Origin: Alphaproteobacteria bacterium | Lineage (GTDB): Bacteria; Pseudomonadota; Alphaproteobacteria; Puniceispirillales; Puniceispirillaceae | DNA length: 39,870 nucleotides | Direction: 5' to 3' | Assembly (NCBI GenBank): GCA_011526395.1 | Contig: WTHW01000047.1 | Location: 1 to 39,870, forward strand | Part shown: positions 29,633 to 39,286 of the stretch, in pieces | How the letters are laid out: each line of letters starts with the position of its first letter | How positions within the stretch are numbered: the stretch's first letter is position 1 | Notes under the pieces: generated by a model | The model's database searches: none | Seen by the model: the letters and a program-made list of their open reading frames with translations, nothing else | What the model was told of the DNA's origin: nothing | Made by a program: the position numbers and the translations under genes

Positions 29633-30226
29633 ATGGCGCGTCTGTCTTATATCATCTCCGCACTTTTGATTAGCCTTAGCTTGGCGCTTAGCGCATGCGC
29701 ACCAGCTCTTGTTGGTGTTGGCACTGCCGCTGTTGCAGCCTCTTCAACTGAAAAGGGCTTTTCGACATCCGTTGCAGATGGTGTCATTAATACAAAACTA
29801 GCTGATAAATTCCTCAGAGAAGATGTGGATTTGGTACAAGGCGTCTCTATCACTGTGAATGAAGGTGCTGTCTTACTCACTGGTATTGTGCCAACACAAG
29901 AACAGAAAATCACAGCCACAAGGCTCGCATGGGAAATCAAAGGTGTGCGTGAAGTTGTCAATGAAGTGACTATCTCACAGGAAACCTCCATTAAAAACCG
30001 TGCAAAAGATTTCGCCGCCGCCGCCCAGCTTCGCCTGAAAATCATCGGCGATGGCGCTGTATCCTCTTTGAATTATTCAATCGATGTTGTTGATGGTATT
30101 GTGTATCTATCAGGCGTTGCTGAAACCGAAGAAGAGCGCGCCCGCGTGATAGCACTCGCACAAGAGCTGCCATTTGCGAAAAAAGTTATAGATTATATCA
30201 TCCTTAGCTCTGACAGACGTGATTAA
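29633..30226 (+). CDS. BON-domain lipoprotein (DolP/OsmY-like)
   Basis: Lipobox LSLALSAC and two BON-like repeats ([18 protein letters not shown]...; [20 protein letters not shown]). An AAGGAA Shine-Dalgarno lies upstream. Confidence 0.85.
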   Translation: MARLSYIISALLISLSLALSACAPALVGVGTAAVAASSTEKGFSTSVADGVINTKLADKFLREDVDLVQGVSITVNEGAVLLTGIVPTQEQKITATRLAWEIKGVREVVNEVTISQETSIKNRAKDFAAAAQLRLKIIGDGAVSSLNYSIDVVDGIVYLSGVAETEEERARVIALAQELPFAKKVIDYIILSSDRRD

Positions 30227-30231
30227 GCGAT

Positions 30232-31200
30232 ATGTCACTTCGTGTTGCTATCCAAATGGACCCAATCGCCGGGATAGATATCACGGGCGATACCTCTTTT
30301 GCCTTTGCACTTGAAGCGCAAAGACGCGGCCATGAGTTATATTATTATCTGCCAGATAGCCTGACGCTTGATGGCCGCATACTTTATGCTGATCTGCATA
30401 AAATCCATGTGCGTGATGAAATTGGCAACCATGTTGATGAACAGGCCGCTATCTATACAGACTTATCAGAGATGGATGTGATCTTGATGCGCCAAGACCC
30501 ACCCTTTGATATGTCCTATATCACTGCCACACATATGCTTGAACATCTACCAGCAACAACGATGGTGGTGAATAATCCTGCAGAGGTGCGCAATGCACCT
30601 GAGAAAATTCTCGTTCTTGATTTTCCAGAGCTTATGCCGCCAACAATGGTATCTCGTAATGAGGCCGCCATTATCTCATTTCGGCAAACACATAAAGATA
30701 TCATCATTAAGCCATTATACGGTAATGGCGGTGCTGGCGTATTCTTGCTAAAGCAAGATGATAAGAATTTTAACGCCCTTCTTGAGATGTTTTTTAGCGC
30801 AAGCCGCGAGCCTGTCATGGTGCAAGCCTTTTTGCCAGAAGTTACAGAAGGCGATAAGCGCATTATTCTAATTGATGGCGAGCCAGTTGGCGCTATTAAC
30901 CGCATCCCCTCAAAAGATGAGGCGCGCTCAAATATGCATGTGGGCGGCAAGGCAACAGCCACAGAGCTAACTCCGCGTGATATTGAGATATGTCAGACCA
31001 TTGGCCCTGTCTTAAAAGAACGTGGCTTATTATTTGTGGGCATTGATGTTATTGGTGACTATCTGACCGAAATAAACGTGACATCCCCCACAGGCATCAG
31101 AGAGTTTGAACGTTTTACAGGCATCAGCTTGGCGGAAAAAACATTTGATGCGATTGAAAAAAATCACAAAAGCTACAAGACCAACCGCATTTTACGATAA
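30232..31200 (+). CDS. gshB: Glutathione synthetase (ATP-grasp)
   Basis: [16 protein letters not shown]-terminus, with [12 protein letters not shown] and EINVTSPTG motifs. Confidence 0.95.
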   Translation: MSLRVAIQMDPIAGIDITGDTSFAFALEAQRRGHELYYYLPDSLTLDGRILYADLHKIHVRDEIGNHVDEQAAIYTDLSEMDVILMRQDPPFDMSYITATHMLEHLPATTMVVNNPAEVRNAPEKILVLDFPELMPPTMVSRNEAAIISFRQTHKDIIIKPLYGNGGAGVFLLKQDDKNFNALLEMFFSASREPVMVQAFLPEVTEGDKRIILIDGEPVGAINRIPSKDEARSNMHVGGKATATELTPRDIEICQTIGPVLKERGLLFVGIDVIGDYLTEINVTSPTGIREFERFTGISLAEKTFDAIEKNHKSYKTNRILR

Positions 31201-32645
31201 GCAATCGCTTCTTGAATATGATGCTTTTGAATCTCAGCTGAATTATCCAAATTGGCGATAGTGCGTGCCACGCGCATAATTTTCTCATAACCTCTGCCAG
31301 TGATATCAAGCTTCTCAATCGTCTTTGTCAAAAACCCTTTTATCTCAGGCGTCAATGTGCGGCTATCCTCTGGCAAATGCGCGCCAAATATATGAGCATT
31401 TGCCACTTTTTCAGCAATCTCAGCAGTTGAAGGTGAGGGCGTATCATTTAATAGCTCTGTCACAGGCAAAGCTGTGACATCTATGATGAGATCAAATCTA
31501 TCAAGTAAGGGGCCAGATAATTTCGCGACATAATTTTTGCCGCAAATGGGCGCTCTACTACAGGCTCTAGAAGCATCTGCTAGATACCCACACCGGCAGG
31601 GATTCATAGCGGCCACTAACTGAAATTTTGCAGGGTATCTTATGTGATGATTGGCGCGCGCAATCACAACTTCACCTGTCTCAAGCGGCTGGCGAAGCGC
31701 ATCTAACACTGTTGCTTGAAATTCTGGTAATTCATCTAGGAATAAAACACCATGATGTGCCAAAGATATCTCACCTGGCTTTGCCTTTGCGCCGCCACCA
31801 ACTAGAGCCGCCATTGAGGCAGAATGGTGCGGGTCTCGATAGGGCCTTGTTTGCGTAATACCATCATTTTCAGATTGATTTAATAACAACCCACCAAGAG
31901 ATTGTATCATACTGACTTCAAGTGCTTCTTGTGGCTGTAATGGGGGCAACAGCCCAGCTAGCCTACTTGCCAACATAGATTTACCAGCGCCAGGTGGCCC
32001 TACCATTAACAAATGATGCCGCCCAGCCGCTGCGATTTCCAAGACACGTTTCGCTGTCTCTTGTCCTTTCACATCTTTCATATCAGGATAAGCATCCGGC
32101 GCACGCACTGTGACCTCTTTGGGTGCTGGTAGCTGGCTTGACCCTTTTAGATGATTCACCAATGCTATCAAAGACGGGCTTGCTATAATCTCACCACCTG
32201 CTGCCCATTTTGCTTCTGCACCATTTCCATGTGGACAGATTAAGCTCATATGACAGGAAGAGGCATATAAAGCAGCTGATAAGGTGCCTGCGACATTGGC
32301 AATCATTCCATCAAGTGCAAGCTCTCCAATAATCACAGCTTCTGAGAGATCATCTTGCGAGATAATGCCCATAGCCACCATCAAGGCAAGTGCGATGGGC
32401 AAATCATAGTGCGCCCCTTCTTTTGTGACATCTGCTGGCGCAAGATTTATGGCAATCCGCTTTGCAGGTAGGGACAGCCCCATCGAAGAAAGCGCTGCTC
32501 TGATGCGTTCTTTGGATTCTGCAACGGCCTTATCAGCAAGGCCGACAATCGTCATGGCTGGCAGGCCATTTGATAGATGCGCCTGCACAGATACAGGCAC
32601 AGTATCAAGACCACGAAAGGCAACAGTATGTATCACTGCATTCAT
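31173..32645 (-). CDS. comM: YifB/ComM-family Mg-chelatase-like AAA+ ATPase
   Basis: Walker [18 protein letters not shown], and a C-terminal ChlI-like domain. I prefer the ATG at 32645 by alignment to the usual N-terminus; the GTG at 32663 is possible. Confidence 0.9.
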   Translation of the reverse strand: MNAVIHTVAFRGLDTVPVSVQAHLSNGLPAMTIVGLADKAVAESKERIRAALSSMGLSLPAKRIAINLAPADVTKEGAHYDLPIALALMVAMGIISQDDLSEAVIIGELALDGMIANVAGTLSAALYASSCHMSLICPHGNGAEAKWAAGGEIIASPSLIALVNHLKGSSQLPAPKEVTVRAPDAYPDMKDVKGQETAKRVLEIAAAGRHHLLMVGPPGAGKSMLASRLAGLLPPLQPQEALEVSMIQSLGGLLLNQSENDGITQTRPYRDPHHSASMAALVGGGAKAKPGEISLAHHGVLFLDELPEFQATVLDALRQPLETGEVVIARANHHIRYPAKFQLVAAMNPCRCGYLADASRACSRAPICGKNYVAKLSGPLLDRFDLIIDVTALPVTELLNDTPSPSTAEIAEKVANAHIFGAHLPEDSRTLTPEIKGFLTKTIEKLDITGRGYEKIMRVARTIANLDNSAEIQKHHIQEAIAYRKMRLVL

Positions 32646-32760
32646 AAGTTTTATCGCATGCACTGCCTGCCGGGATTGGCAAGCCTCTTATGCTTACTTA
32701 TGCGTAGCGTTAAGATTTTGATTCAACAAAAATATGACCCAAAATTAGAGGCAATATCCA

Positions 32761-33120
32761 TTATCTGGCGCGAAGAGGGCCGATGGGCTCACCACCCAAA
32801 ATATGCATATGTAGATGAGGGACTTCTTGATGCGCATTCTCGCCGCTATTTGCAATGATGCGATACCCACCATCTTCAAGACCAGCCAATCTGGCCGCTC
32901 TGCCAATCGCTGCTATAAAGGCTGATTGCTCTTCTGCGCTGGCATTTTGTGAAAAATCTGCCATATCCACATAATGGCCTTTTGGAATGACCAAAATATG
33001 AGTCTGTGCTTGTGGCGCGATATCATGAAAGGCAAGTGTATATTCACATTCATCATGTTTGTTACATGGGATTTCACCGCGCAGGATTTTTGCGAAAATA
33101 TTTTCAGTATCATATGACAT
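32761..33120 (-). CDS. HIT-family (histidine triad) nucleotide hydrolase
   Basis: 119 aa with the HLHMHIL histidine triad and an IFAKILRGEIP N-terminus. Confidence 0.92.
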   Translation of the reverse strand: MSYDTENIFAKILRGEIPCNKHDECEYTLAFHDIAPQAQTHILVIPKGHYVDMADFSQNASAEEQSAFIAAIGRAARLAGLEDGGYRIIANSGENAHQEVPHLHMHILGGEPIGPLRAR

Positions 33121-33153
33121 ATCTTACCACCTTAGATTATGACGTGCGGGAGT

Positions 33154-33480
33154 TTAAGATTGACGGTTTGCTTTTTCAACAAGCCCTGATGTGCCTTGTC
33201 TATCAGCTAAAATCTGCCACACATCCTCAGCTTTAACGCCGCTTGCCTGCCACACGACCAACAGATGATATAAAATATCAGCTGATTCAGATGCCAGCGC
33301 GCTACCATCACCTCTCATCGCTTCAATGATAGCTTCTGTGACTTCTTCTGATAATTTACGCAAAGGGGCGTCTGGTGCTTTTGCTATCAGACTGGCTGTA
33401 TAGCTTGTCTCAGGATTGCCATCTGCTTTTGCGCTAATTTCGGCGAAAAGCTCGTCTAATATGCTCGCATTATATGTCAT
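33154..33480 (-). CDS. hisE: Phosphoribosyl-ATP pyrophosphatase
   Basis: 108 aa of the MazG-like HisE family (SYTASLI...LRKLSEEVTEAIIEA...ESADILYHLLV). Confidence 0.92.
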   Translation of the reverse strand: MTYNASILDELFAEISAKADGNPETSYTASLIAKAPDAPLRKLSEEVTEAIIEAMRGDGSALASESADILYHLLVVWQASGVKAEDVWQILADRQGTSGLVEKANRQS

Positions 33481-33492
33481 ATCCTGAACTCC

Positions 33493-34263
33493 TTACCCGT
33501 TTGACAGGCGCCTGACTGGCACACCTGCGTCTTCCATAGCACATTTTGCCTCATCAATGGTCATCTGTCCAAAATGAAACACAGATGCCGCCAATACAGC
33601 AGAGGCATGACCTTGCGTTACAGCTGTTGCAAAATCTTCTGCCTTACCAGCCCCACCTGATGCAATCACAGGGATAGATACAGCATCAGATACAGCTCTT
33701 GTAAGGGGTAAATCAAACCCATCTTTGGTACCATCACCGCCCATAGAGGTTAATAATATCTCACCAGCACCAAGCTCAGCACCGCGCATCGCCCATTCGA
33801 CAGCATCAATGCCAGTACCTTTACGCCCACCATGGGTAAAGACTTCGAACATACCATCATCATTTAATTTAGCATCAATGCCAAGCACCACACATTGTGA
33901 TCCGAACCTGTCTGCCGCTCTGCTTAATAACTCTGGATCTGCTACAGCAGATGAATTCACAGATACCTTATCAGCCCCTGATAATAGCATTTTGCGATAA
34001 TCTTCAACCTGACGCACACCGCCGCCAACAGTAAGAGGCATAAAACAATGATCAGCCACTTTGGCAATCACATCATAAATGCTTTCGCGCCCTTCATGAC
34101 TGGCTGAAATATCAAGCAAACATAACTCATCAGCTCCAGCCGCATCATAGATTTTAGCTTGTTCCACAGGGTCACCAGCATCAATCAAATTGACGAAATT
34201 CACCCCTTTGACAACACGGCCATCATGAACATCTAAACAAGGGATAACGCGCGCATTTAACAT
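33493..34263 (-). CDS. hisF: Imidazole glycerol phosphate synthase cyclase subunit
   Basis: RVIPCLDV...[13 protein letters not shown]...ASGGAG motifs, 256 aa. Confidence 0.97.
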   Translation of the reverse strand: MLNARVIPCLDVHDGRVVKGVNFVNLIDAGDPVEQAKIYDAAGADELCLLDISASHEGRESIYDVIAKVADHCFMPLTVGGGVRQVEDYRKMLLSGADKVSVNSSAVADPELLSRAADRFGSQCVVLGIDAKLNDDGMFEVFTHGGRKGTGIDAVEWAMRGAELGAGEILLTSMGGDGTKDGFDLPLTRAVSDAVSIPVIASGGAGKAEDFATAVTQGHASAVLAASVFHFGQMTIDEAKCAMEDAGVPVRRLSNG

Positions 34264-34266
34264 GAC

Positions 34267-35007
34267 CTACCCCTTTTTGGCAGCCGATATGGCTTGTTCA
34301 AGATCAAGGCGACCATCATAAATCGCACGCCCTGTAATCACGCCTGCAATACCGCTATCACGTTCTGCAAGACAGGCATGAATATCATCCATCCCCGCAA
34401 CTCCGCCAGAGGCAATGACAGGAATAGAGACAGCTCTTGCAATCTCAGCTGTTGCTTTGGCATTCACACCTGTTAAGGCGCCATCACGGCCAATATCTGT
34501 GAATATCACTGCCGCCACACCGCAATCTTCAAAACGGCGTACCAAATCTGTTGCTTTGACATTTGATACTTCAAGCCAGCCTTCAGCTGCTATCATGCCA
34601 TCCTTAGCATCTGCGCCAACAGCGATTTGATCTGGAAATGCTTTGGCCGCATCAATCACAAGTTGAGGGTCACGTAACGCCGCTGTGCCTAAGATGACAC
34701 GCGAGACGCCGGCTCCTAGCCATCTTTCAATATGGGAAAGATTACGGATACCGCCGCCTAGTTGGATTTTTGCCCCTGTTGCTAAAATCGCATTAACAGC
34801 CTCGCCATTGACACCCTCACCAGCAAGCGCACCATCTAGATCAACCACATGCACCCAATTGGCCCCATGCGATAGGAATTCTTGCGCCTTTGCCGCCGGG
34901 TCAGGGGCATAGACTGTCATTTTATTAAAATCACCATGAAGCAATCGCACACCCTGCCCATCTTTGAGGTCAATTGCTGGATAAATTTCAAATTGGGACA
35001 TGCTCAT
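34267..35007 (-). CDS. hisA: ProFAR isomerase (1-(5-phosphoribosyl)-5-[(5-phosphoribosylamino)methylideneamino]imidazole-4-carboxamide isomerase)
   Basis: IYPAIDLKDGQGVRL...ASGGV motifs. The start may be 35001. Confidence 0.96.
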   Translation of the reverse strand: MSMSQFEIYPAIDLKDGQGVRLLHGDFNKMTVYAPDPAAKAQEFLSHGANWVHVVDLDGALAGEGVNGEAVNAILATGAKIQLGGGIRNLSHIERWLGAGVSRVILGTAALRDPQLVIDAAKAFPDQIAVGADAKDGMIAAEGWLEVSNVKATDLVRRFEDCGVAAVIFTDIGRDGALTGVNAKATAEIARAVSIPVIASGGVAGMDDIHACLAERDSGIAGVITGRAIYDGRLDLEQAISAAKKG

Positions 35008-35056
35008 TCCTACTTCATTATTTTTGAGGCCAATATGAAACTGACCAAAATGAACC

Positions 35057-35599
35057 CTATATTTCTTTTGCGTAATAATACCCTGTTACATACTCACCAT
35101 CGACGAGTGCGTAATTGGGGTTTTCACCAAATCGTTTAAATCCACAAGCTTCAAATGAATGGATCGCGCGCTCTTGTGTGGCGCGGACATCCAAATTAAT
35201 GACTGAAAAACCCTGACTTTTTGCAAAATCAGTGGCCTCATCAACTAGCTTTTGTGCCAATCCATAGCCTCTGGCCCATGGGGCAAGGAAAAATGTTGTT
35301 AACTGACAAGCAAAAGCCTGTGCTTCATTTGCCTTTGGCGGCCTTACAATTTGGCACGAGCCAGCAATGACCATATCAACCTTGCCGACAATCAAGCTTC
35401 TTTCTGGAATTAACAAAACGCCGCGCCAATAATCTTCTAAGATATTGCGGGGCGGGGCATTTAACCAGCCAAAGCCACCACCACTTTTAATTGCTTCTTC
35501 AGTGGCATCACATAATTCAGACAAATCGCTCGCAGATAGCTCGTCGGCATTTTCTAACGTGACTCTTGCTCTATTTAAGGCAGAAAATTCTGTACTCAT
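35057..35599 (-). CDS. GNAT-family N-acetyltransferase inserted between hisH and hisA
   Basis: 180 aa with GNAT motif A (APWARGYGLAQKLV) and a C-terminal beta-bulge region (FEACGFKRFG). It is co-directional with its his neighbours, with gaps of 33 and 49 nt. Confidence 0.85.
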   Translation of the reverse strand: MSTEFSALNRARVTLENADELSASDLSELCDATEEAIKSGGGFGWLNAPPRNILEDYWRGVLLIPERSLIVGKVDMVIAGSCQIVRPPKANEAQAFACQLTTFFLAPWARGYGLAQKLVDEATDFAKSQGFSVINLDVRATQERAIHSFEACGFKRFGENPNYALVDGEYVTGYYYAKEI

Positions 35600-35632
35600 A
35601 TGAATTTTAATTCCTCTAATGCCCTTTTGATT

Positions 35633-36277
35633 TTAAGGGCGCCAGTCCAAAAATCCACGTAAAAATGCTTGGCCTTGCTGTTGGCTTTTTTCAGGGTGGA
35701 ATTGCGTGCCGATTATATTGTCCTTGGCGACGATAGATACAATCGCCTCACCATAATCAGCGGTTGCCAGAATATCAGCTTCATCTGTGGCTTTGAAATG
35801 ATAGCTATGAACAAAATAAACTTGTGCATCTTGCGCCATATAGGATGTCACAGGGTGCGATTTTGCAAAATGCAATTGGTTCCAGCCCATATGCGGTATT
35901 TTCAAGCTGCTATCTTGCGGCGTTAATTTAAAAACGTCACCTGAAATCCATGATAAGCCCTGTACCACTTGCCCTTCATGACCAGCATCTGCCAGCATTT
36001 GCATGCCAACACAAATCCCTAAAAAAGGCACAGCTTTCTCATGCACAAGCTCGCTTAAAGCCTGCTCCATATCTTGCGCCTTAGCCAAATTGGCACGGCA
36101 ATCTGCAAAATGGCCAACACCTGGCAAAATAATAGCATCTGCTGATGATAGCTCATCTGCTGTTGTGGCTAGCATGATATCACTTTCGCGACCTAGCTCA
36201 TTTGCTGCTGCTCTGACAGCATTCACAACAGAACGCAGATTACCAGACCCATAGTCTATAACTGCGATTTTGCTCAC
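35633..36277 (-). CDS. hisH: Imidazole glycerol phosphate synthase glutamine amidotransferase subunit
   Basis: [11 protein letters not shown], catalytic Cys in GICVGMQ, and FHPEKS. Confidence 0.96.
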   Translation of the reverse strand: MSKIAVIDYGSGNLRSVVNAVRAAANELGRESDIMLATTADELSSADAIILPGVGHFADCRANLAKAQDMEQALSELVHEKAVPFLGICVGMQMLADAGHEGQVVQGLSWISGDVFKLTPQDSSLKIPHMGWNQLHFAKSHPVTSYMAQDAQVYFVHSYHFKATDEADILATADYGEAIVSIVAKDNIIGTQFHPEKSQQQGQAFLRGFLDWRP

Positions 36278-36873
36278 AAGCTGCCGCCCAATGTACCTTT
36301 GGTTGACGGGATTCTGTCACCCTGTTTTTCATCAATGGCAATGGCATCACGAAGCGCACGCGCCAAGCCTTTATAGATGCTTTCAATAATATGGTGCGTA
36401 TTCACCCCATATAGATTTTCAACATGCAAGGTGATACCAGCGCCCATTGCAAAAGCTTGGAACCATTCACGGAATAATTCTGTTTCCATGTCACCTAAGA
36501 TTGGTGATGGTAATTCAGCGCGCCATACCAAAAACGGCCTGCCAGATACGTCTACTGCCACGCGGCTTAAACATTCATCCATCGGCAGATATGCATGCGC
36601 ATATCGTGAAATACCTTTGCGGTCATCAAGCGCTTCTTTCAAAGCAGCCCCAATCGCCCAGCCAGTATCTTCTGTAGTGTGGTGCGCATCAATATGCAAA
36701 TCACCTTGTGCTGATAAGGTCAAATCCATCAAAGAGTGGCGCGCAAGCTGCTCAAGCATATGGTCAAGAAACCCGATACCTGTTGTGATATCTGCTTGTC
36801 CTGTGCCATCTAGGCGCAAAGATACTGAAATCTCAGTCTCATTTGTTTTACGAGTGATATTTGCCTGTCTCAT
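36274..36873 (-). CDS. hisB: Imidazoleglycerol-phosphate dehydratase
   Basis: [10 protein letters not shown]..., DAHHTTED and HHIIES metal-binding motifs. The ATG at 36873 gives the canonical N-terminus. The ORF is open to 36903. It overlaps the hisH start by 4 nt. Confidence 0.95.
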   Translation of the reverse strand: MRQANITRKTNETEISVSLRLDGTGQADITTGIGFLDHMLEQLARHSLMDLTLSAQGDLHIDAHHTTEDTGWAIGAALKEALDDRKGISRYAHAYLPMDECLSRVAVDVSGRPFLVWRAELPSPILGDMETELFREWFQAFAMGAGITLHVENLYGVNTHHIIESIYKGLARALRDAIAIDEKQGDRIPSTKGTLGGSL

Positions 36874-36972
36874 AATGTGAATCCGCTTGTATATGATGAC
36901 CAAAAGGCCTGTTTTGCCTCATCATGTAACAGTTTTTTCAATAATTTACAATTCTTGCAGCGCTAAAAGAGC

Positions 36973-37329
36973 CTATAGCCGCGCCAATAGGGCCTCATAA
37001 AGTGCCTTGCAATCATCATCAGATAATCTGTCTATATTTTGGGATAACCCATTGGCGAGCCTGACAGCTTCAGGCCCAAGGTCAGATGTATTGATGGTTG
37101 GTTTTGGATGCGATAATTGTGCTGCTTGTTTTAAAGCCTCTGCATCATCCCAAATCAATTCAAAATAAACACAAATTTGATCGACCATCGCGAAAGAAGG
37201 CTTACCTCTTTTGCCATGCTCTAATGCAGATAAATAAGCAGGCGATACAGAAAGATAGTCTGCTAGCTGTGCCAATGTTGCCTGTTTTTCATGGCGCCAA
37301 TGACGCATTAATACACCAAAGGGTGTCAT
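36973..37329 (-). CDS. XRE-family helix-turn-helix transcriptional regulator
   Basis: 118 aa with an HTH_3-like segment (ATLAQLADYLSVSPAYLSALEHGKR). Its start overlaps the Smr stop (ATGA). Confidence 0.8.
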   Translation of the reverse strand: MTPFGVLMRHWRHEKQATLAQLADYLSVSPAYLSALEHGKRGKPSFAMVDQICVYFELIWDDAEALKQAAQLSHPKPTINTSDLGPEAVRLANGLSQNIDRLSDDDCKALYEALLARL

Positions 37330-37895
37330 TGACTATCTCTTTGTCTGCGCAAACGAACATATAAGGCGCCGCCGCCGCCATCTTTGCCGCTTGCTTGTGA
37401 TATGGCAAGAACATGAGACTTCAACGGATATTCTTTCAGCCATTCTGGTACTTTGCGGCGCAAAACGCCCTGACCCATTGCCCCTTTACCAGTAATGACC
37501 AGCAAGGTTCTTGCCCCATTACGCGCTGCTTGCTGGACAAATTGCATCAATGCTTTATGAGCTTGTGCTTCTGATCTGCCATGTAAATCAAGTCTATCAT
37601 CAATGCTAAAACTGCCTTTGGTCAGGCGTTTCGCAGAGGCATTATCAATGCCAGCGCGCATTGAGGGTGTCTTAGAGCGCAGATCTGCTGGGTTTACAAA
37701 TGGTTTTGTTTGGGGTTTTTGCAAAGCAGGTGAGGCGCTTGTTGTTGCTTGCGCCTTGCCTTGCTTACCAGCTGTCTTTTTCTTAGCTGGCTTTGTCTCT
37801 TTTTTTATCAGTACGTCATCACGATTGGCTGGGGTAACTGTTTTTGTTACCTCAGCCCATAAATCATTATCTTCATGAGAAGATGACGCCGTCAC
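37326..37895 (-). CDS. Smr-domain protein (MutS2/SmrA-like small nuclease domain)
   Basis: C-terminal Smr domain (LDLHG...LLVITGKG...VLRRKVPEWL) and a Lys/Ala/Pro-rich N-terminus. The GTG start shares one nt with the Tim44-like stop (TAGTG). Confidence 0.85.
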   Translation of the reverse strand: MTASSSHEDNDLWAEVTKTVTPANRDDVLIKKETKPAKKKTAGKQGKAQATTSASPALQKPQTKPFVNPADLRSKTPSMRAGIDNASAKRLTKGSFSIDDRLDLHGRSEAQAHKALMQFVQQAARNGARTLLVITGKGAMGQGVLRRKVPEWLKEYPLKSHVLAISQASGKDGGGGALYVRLRRQRDSQ

Positions 37896-38566
37896 TATTC
37901 ATCCTCTCCGCCTTCGGATGATGTTTCAACCAGCTTCCAATTTGGATCTGCGATTTGTGTATCACGCTCAAATGTCCAAATATCAATGACAGATTCCTTA
38001 TCTGCGGCATCATCAATAATCTCATTGCCTTCGGCATCAAAAATATGACGTGACTGCTTACTGACAAAGCGCACTGTCACAGAGGCGATACCATCGACCA
38101 ACTCACCATCTAGCAACTGCACATCTTCGATTTCATCAATTGTTAATGACAATGATTCATTATCTGCATTGCGCTCTCTGATAGCTTCAGAAAATTCATT
38201 GAACAAATCATACCCTAACAAGCGGCGAAGCTGGCTTAAGTCACCTTCAGCATAGGCATGAAGCACCATCTGGAACGCAGATGCCGCACCTTGCAAAAAT
38301 TGGTCATCTTGAAATGAGGGATCAACTTTTTTAATGGCCGCAACGCCAGAGCCTGATAATGCTTCTGATCGCAATGGCACGACATTATCAACTGGTCCAT
38401 TTTTATCCTCAAGACTTTCGCTTGTAGGACGATAAAAACGACCTGTTTCATCATTTTTTTGTTCATAGCCATCTCTTGTTCCCAAAATATTGCGAAGACG
38501 CAAAACTAAGAACACAGCGATAATAGCGAATATCAATATGTCGACAACGGGCACAACAATCCCCAT
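37895..38566 (-). CDS. Tim44-like domain membrane protein
   Basis: N-terminal TM helix (VVDILIFAIIAVFLVL) and a C-terminal Tim44-like fold. It is divergent from secB, which is the conserved alphaproteobacterial context. Confidence 0.85.
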   Translation of the reverse strand: MGIVVPVVDILIFAIIAVFLVLRLRNILGTRDGYEQKNDETGRFYRPTSESLEDKNGPVDNVVPLRSEALSGSGVAAIKKVDPSFQDDQFLQGAASAFQMVLHAYAEGDLSQLRRLLGYDLFNEFSEAIRERNADNESLSLTIDEIEDVQLLDGELVDGIASVTVRFVSKQSRHIFDAEGNEIIDDAADKESVIDIWTFERDTQIADPNWKLVETSSEGGEDE

Positions 38567-38689
38567 ATGTTAAGAGTAAGAATGTATTTTATCAGTCTAG
38601 CATGTAATCATAGCGATCAAAAGATAGACGATATTGCTAACTTATACATAGTAACAGAGCTATAAAAGAGCAAGGAAGAGGGATAAAAA

Positions 38690-39214
38690 ATGGCAATTTA
38701 TGGAATTATTGCATTTGTCATCTATGGCTGGGTTGAATTTGAGGCGATGGCAGGTGTTGTTGATGCTATCGGCGGACTACTTGCCTTCTTAGGTATTTTT
38801 GTCACTGCGATCATCGGAATCCAGCTTCTTAAATCTCAATCAACGATTGTTATGGCATCCTTTCGCGCCTCTCTGGCAAAAGGTCAAATGAATGCTGATG
38901 CGATTGCCTCATCTCTATCACTTCTTTGTGGTGCGATATTGATGCTTATTCCCGGCTATGTCACTGATGCAATGGGATTATTATGTTTTGTCCCAGGCCT
39001 TCGCACAATTATTGGCAGCTTTATCGCCTCTAAATTAAATGCCCGCACAATGACAGGGATGAAAACACCATTTTCATCTAGCCCCTTTGGAGCTGGCTTT
39101 ACCGATGGCAGCTCACAACAGACCACACAAAACTTATTTGATGAAGATTCGATACAAACATCTAGACCACAAACAGATGATGTGATCGAAGGCGAGTTTC
39201 ATGAAAAAAAATGA
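38690..39214 (+). CDS. fxsA: FxsA-family cytoplasmic membrane protein
   Basis: N-terminal TM helices and the LLCGAILMLIPGYVTDAMGLLCFVPGLR motif of the FxsA family. Confidence 0.85.
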   Translation: MAIYGIIAFVIYGWVEFEAMAGVVDAIGGLLAFLGIFVTAIIGIQLLKSQSTIVMASFRASLAKGQMNADAIASSLSLLCGAILMLIPGYVTDAMGLLCFVPGLRTIIGSFIASKLNARTMTGMKTPFSSSPFGAGFTDGSSQQTTQNLFDEDSIQTSRPQTDDVIEGEFHEKK

Positions 39215-39286
39215 TACGCGAAAAGTGAAAGCGTGATAAACATATCACCTTCGAATGACAAACTTTTCTAGCTTAAGGACAAAACC

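Noticed and set aside
36377-36880. 167-aa plus-strand ORF antisense to hisB; similar antisense ORFs lie at 29647-30045 (BON gene), 30516-30962 (gshB), 33725-34000 (hisF) and 34415-34912 (hisA)
   Set aside because: All lie opposite genes with unambiguous family signatures, lack ribosome-binding sites and translate to low-complexity sequence. I treat them as shadow ORFs.
36893-36925. Imperfect hairpin ATGATGAcCAAAAgGCCtGTTTTGccTCATCAT between the XRE stop and the hisB start, a possible terminator or attenuator
   Set aside because: No U-tract follows it on the transcribed (minus) strand, the stem has a bulge, and I see no leader peptide with His codons. Evidence is insufficient to call a terminator or a his attenuator.
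39215-39286. Small inverted repeat GTGATA-aaca-TATCAC between fxsA and secB, a possible terminator
   Set aside because: The stem is 6 bp, with no GC-rich core and no T-tract. fxsA and secB are more likely co-transcribed, or secB has its own promoter.
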